Virus record (IMG/VR): IMGVR_UViG_3300005662_003801
Coordinates: 1-38,510 of that record
Origin: a virus
Lineage: Duplodnaviria > Caudoviricetes
Direction: 5' to 3' (one strand)
Length of the DNA: 38,510 nucleotides
In this document: positions 18,347 through 27,092 of the stretch, piece by piece
Numbering within the stretch: position 1 is the first letter of the stretch
Layout: each line of letters starts with the position of its first letter
Notes under the pieces: model-generated
Database searches by the model: none
The model's input: the letters and a program-made list of their open reading frames with translations, nothing else
What the model was told of the DNA's origin: nothing
Position numbers and translations under genes: made by a program

Positions 18347-19365
18347 ATAAAACTTTCTAAGGTATCGTTATCTCTTGGTATATTTATAGCTATTGCACGG
18401 GGGTGTGGATTAGCTGCATTGAAATCATTTATTAGTATTCGTTTACAATTTAATAATCCCATAATCAAAGAATGACCGTGTAATCCGAGTTCATTCAACA
18501 TTTTTTGTGTTTGTGCTCTGGCACTTTCTGGCCTAGCAGTAACAAAAATAACTTGATTTTTTTCATCAATTAATTTTTTAATACAATTTATATTTTTTAA
18601 TAATGGAGTTGGTTTCAATCCGTAATCGCTTTTAGCTTGTGCTTTGATTATAGTTCCGTCTATATCACAAAATATAACAGATTTATCGTTATATTTAAAC
18701 CATTCTTCTGCTGTTCCTACATCTGTATAATTTGAAACTGTATTTTCTATAAAAATATGATTATTTGCAAGGCAATGCTGTATTATGTTAGAAACAAACA
18801 TTTCTCCGTTATTGTTTTTGATTGCATTAAATGCCTTTACGTACATGTCTATAGTTTTAAATCGATAACCACCAACACAAAATTTATCTGATATTACTTT
18901 TTTTTCTACTATATTTTGTACAATTCCTTGATCGTTACTTAAGATATAACTTTTTGATGCTGGTGTTTTTATTAAATTATTATCAGAAAATTTTGATATA
19001 CAGATATAATTTTCATCTAAAATCTGATGATCAAAAAAACTGTCACAATCCTTGATCAAGAATCCTTGTTTAAACTTTGATTTGCATTTTTTTATAATTT
19101 GATAAACCGTATCTGCTGGACCTTTTGTTGGTTTATCAATCATTATAATGTTTATATCTTTTTTAAATTCGTGTTTCAGTAGTGTTGATATTGAATATTC
19201 GTCTTCGTGTTGTTTCAAAATACCTATATTTATTTTATATTTACCAATATAAGGCATCAGTGCCGATTTTAACATAAGATTACCAGAGTAATCCGTCAAA
19301 GAATACTTTGGTCTCATATTAGGAAACCGTGTAGATAGACCTGCAGCTGGGATAATTATTTCCAT
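18343..19365 (-). CDS. Sugar-phosphate nucleotidyltransferase fused to a HAD phosphatase-like domain
   Basis: N-term IIIPAAGLSTRF..PKYSL, TKGPADT, KDCD, VEK, DVGT; C-term FCDIDGT, VTAR, LIND. Confidence 0.75.
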   Translation of the reverse strand: MEIIIPAAGLSTRFPNMRPKYSLTDYSGNLMLKSALMPYIGKYKINIGILKQHEDEYSISTLLKHEFKKDINIIMIDKPTKGPADTVYQIIKKCKSKFKQGFLIKDCDSFFDHQILDENYICISKFSDNNLIKTPASKSYILSNDQGIVQNIVEKKVISDKFCVGGYRFKTIDMYVKAFNAIKNNNGEMFVSNIIQHCLANNHIFIENTVSNYTDVGTAEEWFKYNDKSVIFCDIDGTIIKAQAKSDYGLKPTPLLKNINCIKKLIDEKNQVIFVTARPESARAQTQKMLNELGLHGHSLIMGLLNCKRILINDFNAANPHPRAIAINIPRDNDTLESFI

Positions 19366-20105
19366 AATTTTTTAATTTCACTCAACAAGAAAGTATATTC
19401 ATCACTATTTTTATCAGCATAAAAAAATACACGCAACAACATCAAAATTAATAAGGCATTATTATTTATGACAGGATACTCAGACAGTATTTTATTTTCT
19501 AAAATATTTAAATATGTCACTAAATTATTATCTTTTTCGTTTCTAATAAACCAATGGCACGTTAAATCCTGTCTCATTTTAGATAAATCAAAAACCCAAG
19601 AATCATATTCTGTTGTGACAGTATCAATCATGTAAAATTTATTAGTTTTGTTGTATATTAGGTTTTGTAATGTCATGTCTCCATGATACACAGAACTTGG
19701 AAGATTTGTTGGTAATCTTTTAATTAATTGTTTTTTTGTGAATGGTAATACCGATTGTTTGTCTAACCATGTTAATTTTTTATTATACGTTTCAGTATAA
19801 TTTTTTTCTTTTTCGTTTACTTTAAATTGTTGTATTGTTGTTGTTATAAAATCATATAACGCATTTATACCATAATTTGAAATATACGTTTTCATATCAA
19901 GACCATCAATATATTCCATTTTTAATATATTTTGTTCTTTTTTATAAATTTTAGGAACATTAAAACCTAGTTTGTATAAATTTGTAAGCTGAATGTAATT
20001 TCTGTCTACATTATTAATTTTTTTAACTAATAAAGTATCGTCCTGTTCTACTAATAAAACAGTGCTTCCGGAAAAACCATTCAGCTGCTTGATAACACGT
20101 TCCAT
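19356..20105 (-). CDS. APH/choline-kinase-like phosphotransferase
   Basis: GFSGSTV, VKK, VPKI, MEYIDG, YHGDMTLQNLI (Brenner motif), MID, DLSK. Confidence 0.75.
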   Translation of the reverse strand: MERVIKQLNGFSGSTVLLVEQDDTLLVKKINNVDRNYIQLTNLYKLGFNVPKIYKKEQNILKMEYIDGLDMKTYISNYGINALYDFITTTIQQFKVNEKEKNYTETYNKKLTWLDKQSVLPFTKKQLIKRLPTNLPSSVYHGDMTLQNLIYNKTNKFYMIDTVTTEYDSWVFDLSKMRQDLTCHWFIRNEKDNNLVTYLNILENKILSEYPVINNNALLILMLLRVFFYADKNSDEYTFLLSEIKKLWK

Positions 20106-20106
20106 T

Positions 20107-20922
20107 TTATTTAAATTTTTTACAATTTATTTTTGCAAAATATTCAACTTGTTCTTTGTTCATTTTTACTATTAAATCATATTTTATATGATTATTTTTA
20201 ATATAATCTGGCCAAATTTTTTGATCAATATTTTTTGCTTTTTTGTGTTCTAAATGAAAAATTTTTCCTTCTGGTACCCATCCAATTTTATATCCTAATA
20301 TTTCAAATCTAAAAAGTCTTTCTCTGTCTTCAGGGCCCCAATCTACAAACAATTCATTTTCACCGCCGCCAGTTTTATATGCAGTGGTATTAAACCATAT
20401 ACATCCTCCACACATTTGTACACTTCCATATGGTTTTGTTTCTTCTTCTGCTATTTTATTTAAAATTTTTAATTCTGTATTTTTTATAAATTCTGAATAA
20501 TATAAATTAGTTTTTGATATTTCTTTACATTGATGAGTTCCTTTATCATAAGGATAAATAACATCAAATTTTTTATTTTTTATCATATCTTTAGCCTTTA
20601 AAGCTGTATCGACAGTTAAAATTATATCCATATCATGATTAACTGTTATATCAGTTTTACTAACAGCTAACATATCATTTAAAAGGCGTGTTCTGTGAAA
20701 TGGAGCATCTTTTTCACATCTTTCAAACATATACAAAACGTCTGTAAAATTTAAAATAATCTTATCTGCTTTTGCTTCTGAATCGTATTCTTTCACAATA
20801 ATATTAGTATCAAAATACTTATTTAAGTATCTTAAATTTGTTATTAAATTTAAAACACGATCGTTGTCTGTCAATCTAACCGGTATTATAAAAGTAACAT
20901 CTTTAAGATTTATTTTTTTCAT
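20107..20922 (-). CDS. GT2/GT7-like (galactosyltransferase-related) glycosyltransferase
   Basis: TFIIPVR, FHRTRLLN, NHDMD, GGENELFVDWGPED (cf. WGxED), FHLEH. Confidence 0.7.
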   Translation of the reverse strand: MKKINLKDVTFIIPVRLTDNDRVLNLITNLRYLNKYFDTNIIVKEYDSEAKADKIILNFTDVLYMFERCEKDAPFHRTRLLNDMLAVSKTDITVNHDMDIILTVDTALKAKDMIKNKKFDVIYPYDKGTHQCKEISKTNLYYSEFIKNTELKILNKIAEEETKPYGSVQMCGGCIWFNTTAYKTGGGENELFVDWGPEDRERLFRFEILGYKIGWVPEGKIFHLEHKKAKNIDQKIWPDYIKNNHIKYDLIVKMNKEQVEYFAKINCKKFK

Positions 20923-21725
20923 AATACTGTCCAGCCATTACAATAAATGTCTTGCCAGTTTGGGGGTCCGTCACAACCAAACCATGCAGAGGGCGCAATA
21001 ACCATTTTATTTGGATTACTATTTAACCAAGCTCCCCACCAACTAAAAGAAGAATTTGCTATAATGTTATGGTCACACTGAGTCATAAAATACAAATCTT
21101 CTTCTTTTGACCCTTGCTGTAATACAAAATTAATATCTTCTATTAAAAGATTATTAATATTATTTCTAACCCAAACAATATCGTCAGTAAACACAATACA
21201 ACAAAAATTACCAATTTTTTCTTTTAATAATACCAAAGATTTTTTATAATACTCAAAAGAAAAAGGATAGTAATTATTAAGTTCTGTGTAGTCGGTTCTT
21301 CTTATATGAAGAGCTACAATTGGCGTTTTTACCTTGTCCTTTAATGGTTTAAATTTTTCTTTTAGGATGTTTTCATTTTTAAACGTAAATTCTTGTTTAA
21401 TTTTGTTTTGTATGTGTTTAAAATACTTTTCAGACTGAAAGTAACCAAATATATCAGTATGCGGTGGAATATTAAATGCGTTTGCATCAAAAGAAAATCC
21501 GTGTTCTTGGAATATCCTATGAATAGGAATACCAACAGAATTATTTGCTGTTATATTAAAGTAATCATCTAATTCTAAGTTAAATTTAGGATTATTTGAT
21601 TTTAATGAATAATTTATGGCTGGTGTATAATTTAACTTATTAGCAATTCCTAATAGTGCAGCATACTGAAACATTTGATTTCCCAGTCTGCCGTAACACC
21701 CCAGTCTGTTAAAAGTAATTTGCAT
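20919..21725 (-). CDS. Alpha-1,2-fucosyltransferase family (GT11)
   Basis: GRLGNQMFQYA, GYFQSEKYF, LHIRRTDY, FTDD, ANSSFSWWGAWL; start moved to MQITFN. Confidence 0.9.
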   Translation of the reverse strand: MQITFNRLGCYGRLGNQMFQYAALLGIANKLNYTPAINYSLKSNNPKFNLELDDYFNITANNSVGIPIHRIFQEHGFSFDANAFNIPPHTDIFGYFQSEKYFKHIQNKIKQEFTFKNENILKEKFKPLKDKVKTPIVALHIRRTDYTELNNYYPFSFEYYKKSLVLLKEKIGNFCCIVFTDDIVWVRNNINNLLIEDINFVLQQGSKEEDLYFMTQCDHNIIANSSFSWWGAWLNSNPNKMVIAPSAWFGCDGPPNWQDIYCNGWTVL

Positions 21726-21726
21726 A

Positions 21727-22359
21727 TTATTTTTTATTTTCGTATTCTGCTTTATTTCTTTCGTATTCGTAAGCTTCTGGGCTAATTCCAATCCATACTT
21801 TAAATTTTTTCAGTTGTGGATGCATCCCTAAATTATACTCACCAGAAGCAGCAATATTATGATATTTTTCTAATTTAATAGTAGGATCTATCTCGTTAAA
21901 AAGATCAACCAGTATGCAGTGTTCGGTACAATCGTACGTGGGATCGTTCTTTTTAATATCACATATTTGTTTCCACTTTAAAAGAAATTGTTTAGATTTT
22001 TCTGTATTATTAAAATAAATTATAGCTGCATGTGGAGTTCTATTATCGTGGTGACGAATAAAAAATCCAATATCACAGTCTGCATTCTCTAATTCGGTTA
22101 AACGGTGATTAACTATACAGTCCGCATCAATCCACACAACAGCATCATTTAATTGCTCTATTTTTTGTAACAAAAACTCAGGTTTGATCATGTTTAAACG
22201 GTGATATCTAGAATCTAATCCTTCTTTATCAAAATTAATATTATCAACACTTTGCTTGTAATTGTATTGATCTAATTGTCCTTTTAAACGATGATAACAG
22301 TCTTTGTAATAAGTTGATTTAGTTTCGTCTTTATCGTAATAGTATGAAACAAAGTGCAT
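21727..22359 (-). CDS. Putative nucleotide-diphospho-sugar transferase (GT-A)
   Basis: KPEFLL, VVWIDADC (DxD), IIYFNNT, FLLKW; paralogue of 23202..23840. Confidence 0.55.
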   Translation of the reverse strand: MHFVSYYYDKDETKSTYYKDCYHRLKGQLDQYNYKQSVDNINFDKEGLDSRYHRLNMIKPEFLLQKIEQLNDAVVWIDADCIVNHRLTELENADCDIGFFIRHHDNRTPHAAIIYFNNTEKSKQFLLKWKQICDIKKNDPTYDCTEHCILVDLFNEIDPTIKLEKYHNIAASGEYNLGMHPQLKKFKVWIGISPEAYEYERNKAEYENKK

Positions 22360-22362
22360 AAT

Positions 22363-23226
22363 TTATCCTTTTATTAAGTCAAATAAGTAATCGTCTGCTA
22401 TTTTTAAAGTATTAACAAAATCAAAATTATCATTTACTGCTTGTGACATAGAGTCGTATAATTCAGTGGTTAATGACTCTAATATCTGTTTTTCTTTTCC
22501 TGCTTCCAACCGTATAATACCATTTTGATTTATTTCTTTAGGTAAACTAGATGTACCCCAATAAATTGGAATGGTTCCAGTTGCAAAACAGTCTGACAGT
22601 TTTTCTGTCCAATACGAATCGTATATTCCATTTTCCATAACTACACTGAATCTATAATCCTTTAATCCTTGTGATTTTGTAGACCAAGGATTCGTGGGAT
22701 CTACCACAGTGCGTTGTGTGTTGTGTGCTCCACCAAAAACATCAAATCCTAAATCAATTGCCAGCTTTGCAATATCATGACGATAGTAATGATCTTTAGT
22801 TCTTAATTTTGGAGAACAAAACATATTACATAACTTTGTTTTATTATAAATCTTCCATTCTGATTTTGGGACCCATGGATAATTACTTCCATTTGGGCAG
22901 TAAACAAAATTATTATGTAATTCAATTAAAGAGTGATCACAAGTAAATATTTTATTGTAATACGTTTCAAATAATGTATTATAATTGTTTGCTAAAAAAT
23001 TATAAACATCAGGTACTATTAGTGTGGATTCACAAACCCAACCAAATCTGTTTGTTTTGGATATAGATTTATCTGGTTGCAAAAATAAACCACGATCAAT
23101 GTGTACTACTATTGAAGCGGAATCTACACACCAATTAAAATTAGTTGGTTTTATATTAGAACAAGACGAATAATTTGTATCAAAAGGAGCACCTATTCCT
23201 TTTATTTTGTGCCCGGACTCTGCCAT
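22363..23226 (-). CDS. GT10-like (alpha-1,3/4-fucosyltransferase motif) glycosyltransferase
   Basis: KDYRFSVVMENGIYDSYWTEKLSDCFATGTIPIYWG. Confidence 0.8.
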   Translation of the reverse strand: MAESGHKIKGIGAPFDTNYSSCSNIKPTNFNWCVDSASIVVHIDRGLFLQPDKSISKTNRFGWVCESTLIVPDVYNFLANNYNTLFETYYNKIFTCDHSLIELHNNFVYCPNGSNYPWVPKSEWKIYNKTKLCNMFCSPKLRTKDHYYRHDIAKLAIDLGFDVFGGAHNTQRTVVDPTNPWSTKSQGLKDYRFSVVMENGIYDSYWTEKLSDCFATGTIPIYWGTSSLPKEINQNGIIRLEAGKEKQILESLTTELYDSMSQAVNDNFDFVNTLKIADDYLFDLIKG

Positions 23227-23840
23227 TGTATTAATTCCTCACTCATGCCTAATTGCTTTAATGCTTCTTTCTTAGAGTCAACATCAGCCAATCCCATAAC
23301 AATAATACTGTTTTGGTTTTCTTGACCTGGCCAAACACAGTATTCAGGTCCTATAAATTTCATAATAAATCCGTCTTTTTGATAAAACGAATGAAGAATG
23401 CCTATCAATGCTTCATGGTCAAACCATTTTCCATTGTGCATCATTTGTTTTGCCATAAACGACCAGTGTTGTAAAAACTCTAGAGTTTTTGAATTAAATG
23501 CCAAATATATTGGTGATGCTTTTGCAGCATGTAATTTGTTATGAGAACAAGCAACTGCAAGATCGGTGTTTCCTACAAACATATCAAAAACCCCTAAAGA
23601 TTTTCTCACATCAGAATCTATATCTAGCCACACAATAGGCTTTTGTTTTTCTATCAACATCTGGTAGATAAACTGTGGCTTACTTAAACAATTCTTCTGA
23701 TAAGAACCTAAAGACGGCTTTTTTCTTATATCATGAGGAATATTTAATTGTTTTAATTGGTTTGTTAGACGATGAGCATGATCACTATAATACGATTTAC
23801 CGTCTATATCACTAAAAAAAGAAATCACTTCGGTTTGCAT
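23202..23840 (-). CDS. Putative nucleotide-diphospho-sugar transferase (GT-A)
   Basis: KPQFIY, IVWLDIDS (DxD), PIYL, FLQHW, FDHEAL. Confidence 0.55.
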   Translation of the reverse strand: MQTEVISFFSDIDGKSYYSDHAHRLTNQLKQLNIPHDIRKKPSLGSYQKNCLSKPQFIYQMLIEKQKPIVWLDIDSDVRKSLGVFDMFVGNTDLAVACSHNKLHAAKASPIYLAFNSKTLEFLQHWSFMAKQMMHNGKWFDHEALIGILHSFYQKDGFIMKFIGPEYCVWPGQENQNSIIVMGLADVDSKKEALKQLGMSEELIQWQSPGTK

Positions 23841-23842
23841 AA

Positions 23843-24247
23843 TTAAGAGTTTCCTATATGGTATTTAGGTACCAGCTGCCATTCTTTCTTTTCTTTATGA
23901 GGAATAATTTTAAGTTGAGCCAAAGAAATAATTGGTTCTTTGTACTCGTCTGGATCCACGGCTTCTACCAGTCCCCATTCTACTAGAAGCTTTACAATCA
24001 TGTTACGTCGGCCAAGATCTGTATCGTCTATATCTGTTTCTAGTCCGTCTAGATCAAGCATCTCTTTAAAATGCATGATGGCGTATCTGCCACGTTTGTG
24101 GAGGATATGACAACTTTGATATAGTTTTTTTTCTTTCTTAGACGACACTCCCATTCGGGTAAGAGTCTCCTTGACCTTGAGAAAATCGTCTTTAGATTTT
24201 AGTTTAATTTCAACTCCAAGGCCATCAAAAATATCTTCGTTTTCCAT
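23843..24247 (-). CDS. regA: Translational repressor RegA
   Basis: DDFLKVKETLTRMGV, LYQSCHILHKRGRY..HFKE, RRN..LL.EWGL, WQLVPKYHIG. Confidence 0.96.
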   Translation of the reverse strand: MENEDIFDGLGVEIKLKSKDDFLKVKETLTRMGVSSKKEKKLYQSCHILHKRGRYAIMHFKEMLDLDGLETDIDDTDLGRRNMIVKLLVEWGLVEAVDPDEYKEPIISLAQLKIIPHKEKKEWQLVPKYHIGNS

Positions 24248-24285
24248 TATATTCCGCTTTCATTAAAAAATTCAGTAATACGGAA

Positions 24286-24681
24286 TTATTTAGGATTTTT
24301 GGTATTTGTGCCACCTTGATCTAAAATGGAAAAAATCTCATCCCAATCTTGTTGTTTGATCAGGTCTACTACTTGCTTGGCCTTGGTGTGAGAGTACCCG
24401 TATAAGGTCTTTAAAGCGTCTATACGGTCATTAGACTCGTCTTTGATCCACTTGCTGAATCTCTTACGAGGGCGAACTGATATTCGTAAAAAGTCAAACT
24501 GCATCTTCTTATCCAAGCCAGACAAACGATTCATCTCATTGGCTAAAAAGATGGTGTCCGAGAAGTAAGAAAGACCTCGATTGGCAAGAAATGGAATATA
24601 TTCTCGTTCGCAACCAGGATCTTCGTCCATCAAAGAAACCTTGGTTTGATTTATGGAATTTAAAAAGTCAAACGGCTTCAT
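24286..24681 (-). CDS. g62: Clamp loader small subunit gp62
   Basis: PFDFLNSIN, YIPFLANRGLS, ANEMN, QFDFL, RKRFSKW, YGYS..KA; start moved to the TAATG overlap. Confidence 0.9.
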   Translation of the reverse strand: MKPFDFLNSINQTKVSLMDEDPGCEREYIPFLANRGLSYFSDTIFLANEMNRLSGLDKKMQFDFLRISVRPRKRFSKWIKDESNDRIDALKTLYGYSHTKAKQVVDLIKQQDWDEIFSILDQGGTNTKNPK

Positions 24682-25241
24682 TACTTCTTTCTTGCTGCCC
24701 AAGACAATTCACCAAATCCAATAATTTCATTAGGCTTGTCTTGAAAAAATTCATTTACAGCCCTGACAACTCCCGGCCAACCAGCCGAATAATCGTGGCC
24801 GCAGAAATATCCTCCAGATTTAACTTTTGGATACCAAAGTTCTAGATCTTTTTTTACTGCCTCATATTCGTGAGCAGCATCAATAAAAATACCATCTATA
24901 CTGTTATCTTCAAATGTTTTAGAAGCTTCTTCTGATGTCATTTGAAGTGGTTTAAATTTATCTGCAACTGATGCCATATTTGTAGTAAATTCTTCAAATA
25001 ATGTATCATTAATTATTGCATTTTCATTTTTATGCTCTTCGCTTCCTTTCCAAGTATCTACAGCATAAATATTTAAATTTTTATTGTATTTGATTGCTTC
25101 TACTATAAAAAAAGCCAGACTTCTTCCCTTCCAAACGCCTACTTCAACAAAAGTTCCACCTTCAGGAAGAACTTGAGCCAATTCAGAATATAATTTGGGA
25201 AACGTAAACCAACCCTCTAATTTTTCGTAAAAATGTTCCAT
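24681..25241 (-). CDS. Class I SAM-dependent methyltransferase (Methyltransf_24-like) inserted between g44 and g62
   Basis: FVEVGVWKGRS, AVDTW, FIDAAHEY, GGYFCGHDY, GVVRAVNE. Confidence 0.85.
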   Translation of the reverse strand: MEHFYEKLEGWFTFPKLYSELAQVLPEGGTFVEVGVWKGRSLAFFIVEAIKYNKNLNIYAVDTWKGSEEHKNENAIINDTLFEEFTTNMASVADKFKPLQMTSEEASKTFEDNSIDGIFIDAAHEYEAVKKDLELWYPKVKSGGYFCGHDYSAGWPGVVRAVNEFFQDKPNEIIGFGELSWAARKK

Positions 25242-25246
25242 TATAT

Positions 25247-26206
25247 TTAATCCTTAAATCCACAATTCATCATTAGTTCCACCATGAATGCACACAGATT
25301 GATCTCTTGATCCGCCACAAATGCTGTCTTGTACTGGTATTCACCAATAATAACTACCGCTTGAGGAATGCTAGCAGGATCTAGGAACTCGTATAAGCCA
25401 TCATAGACCTTCCTGAAGATGTCTTGAGGGCTATTGTCTAGGTTGTTGGCTATCCACTTACGGATCTCTGTAAAGTTCTTGGCCTTCAAGAATGCCATAA
25501 GTTCCTTGACGTTCAGTTCACCAGCGGTACTGAGAATTCCAATATCAATAGTACCTGCAGCAGAGTAACGCTGTAGTTCATTTAGGGTTCGTCTAAAATC
25601 TGGAAAATACTTGACTACAACCTTGGACAGCACCTTATTGTCATATTCGATACCTTCTTCTTCCAAAATGCCTTGGCAGCGTTCCAGGAACTGTTTAGCC
25701 AATTCTGGGCGTTCCTTGGTTGGGAAGTTAAAGTCAATAACCGTACAACGAGAATGAATTGGTTCAATAATTCGATTCTTGTAGTTACAGGTTAAGATAA
25801 ACCGACAAGTCTTGGCAAACTCCTCGATTGCTCCACGGAGGGCTGGCTGGATACTTTGAGCATTAGAATAATCAAACTCGTCTAAGATCACAATCTTTTG
25901 CTTGGCGTCTTCTGATAAAGAAACGGTGCTGGCAAACTGTCGTATCTTGGTTCGCAGAGTATCGATATTACCGTCTTCTGAACAGTTTATCAGAATATAG
26001 TCTGCACCCAGTTGAGTACAAAGAGCACGAGCGACCGTGGTCTTACCCATACCTGGCTTGCCTGCTAGCAGTAGATTAGGACATTCCCCCAATTCAACAA
26101 TACTGTTAAATGTGTCCTTTAGACTCTTGGGTAGAACACAATGATCAATGATTGCTGGACGATACTTTTCTACCAGCAGACCAACTGAATTGTTTGATGT
26201 TAGCAT
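25247..26206 (-). CDS. g44: Clamp loader large subunit gp44 (AAA+)
   Basis: EKYRP, GKPGMGKTT, ILDEFD, HSRC, FPDFRR, ADQEIN; start moved to MLTSNN (AAGGA upstream). Confidence 0.95.
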   Translation of the reverse strand: MLTSNNSVGLLVEKYRPAIIDHCVLPKSLKDTFNSIVELGECPNLLLAGKPGMGKTTVARALCTQLGADYILINCSEDGNIDTLRTKIRQFASTVSLSEDAKQKIVILDEFDYSNAQSIQPALRGAIEEFAKTCRFILTCNYKNRIIEPIHSRCTVIDFNFPTKERPELAKQFLERCQGILEEEGIEYDNKVLSKVVVKYFPDFRRTLNELQRYSAAGTIDIGILSTAGELNVKELMAFLKAKNFTEIRKWIANNLDNSPQDIFRKVYDGLYEFLDPASIPQAVVIIGEYQYKTAFVADQEINLCAFMVELMMNCGFKD

Positions 26207-26207
26207 T

Positions 26208-26894
26208 TTATTCCTTGTAGGTGCTGGTTGCGTCCATAGCAACCCAGTAAGTCAGAGGACGACTAGCATGAGTAAACTGACCAATCACATTCTTGGACAG
26301 GGCTACATGATAATCGCCGTCAAACATCTTCATATTCTCTAACTTAAAGTTGAATGAGAAGTCTGCTTGATCCTTGTTGTCTCCAACACGAATAGAGAAC
26401 ACGTTGCAGGTTGGATCCTTGAGATCCTTGACTACTGCAAGCACGGCATCGTCATCAGATACAAAGCAAAGGTCTGGGTTTTGTAGAACTGCACCTGCGC
26501 GAGACAGTTCGCGGAAATCATCACTGGTCAGGTCAAACTCAACTACTGCATCAATCTTCTTGATGCTCTTGGTTGGATAAGACAGCAGCTTGGGATCTGA
26601 ATAAAAGTACTTAACCTTGGAACCACTTGCTCCGGTAATGGTCATGTACTTGTCGTCAAAGATAAACTCTGGATCTTGAAACAGGGAAATCACACCCAAT
26701 AGCTTGTTGAGATCCCAGATACCAAACTCAGTATCAAAAGACTCCTCAACCTCGACTTCCGCCATGATATTCTTGGTGGGAGACATGGTTGTGATCTTTG
26801 ATCCAGCCTTTACGTACAGATTAGAGTTAATACCACTGAAATTCTTAAGAATGTTCAGGGTGTCCTTAGAAATTGTTGTTGTCGCCTTTGTCAT
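26208..26894 (-). CDS. g45: Sliding clamp gp45
   Basis: ISKDTLNILKNFSGIN, FGIWDLNKLL, FKLENMK, LTYWVAMD; located directly before g44. Confidence 0.92.
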   Translation of the reverse strand: MTKATTTISKDTLNILKNFSGINSNLYVKAGSKITTMSPTKNIMAEVEVEESFDTEFGIWDLNKLLGVISLFQDPEFIFDDKYMTITGASGSKVKYFYSDPKLLSYPTKSIKKIDAVVEFDLTSDDFRELSRAGAVLQNPDLCFVSDDDAVLAVVKDLKDPTCNVFSIRVGDNKDQADFSFNFKLENMKMFDGDYHVALSKNVIGQFTHASRPLTYWVAMDATSTYKE

Positions 26895-26909
26895 AATATA
26901 AAGTTCCTT

Positions 26910-27092
26910 TTATCGTTCAAATCGTTCAAAATTTTCGAAGTCACCATCATCGGATGAGTGACCGTGCTTTAAATCGTTCAGCCATTGTTGTTGATCTGGC
27001 TTGCGTGGACGCTTCTTTCGCTTTTGCTTTCGTTCCTTTTGTTCACGCTTCCAACGCTCGTATTCAGATTCAGGTTCAGGAGTATACATCAA
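26910..27092 (-). CDS. Small hypothetical protein with a basic central tract and acidic tail
   Basis: 60 aa, KERKQKRKKRPRK; ATGA-type overlap with the upstream gene. Confidence 0.5.
   Translation of the reverse strand: MMYTPEPESEYERWKREQKERKQKRKKRPRKPDQQQWLNDLKHGHSSDDGDFENFERFER

Noticed and set aside
2860-23840. Island as a bacterial O-antigen/capsule locus next to a prophage
   Set aside because: No export or priming genes, integrase or att site; the island abuts regA and phage late-promoter genes on the same strand.
16291-25241. Methyltransferases as restriction-modification or DNA-protecting enzymes
   Set aside because: They lack DNA-MTase catalytic motifs, and no nuclease partner is adjacent.
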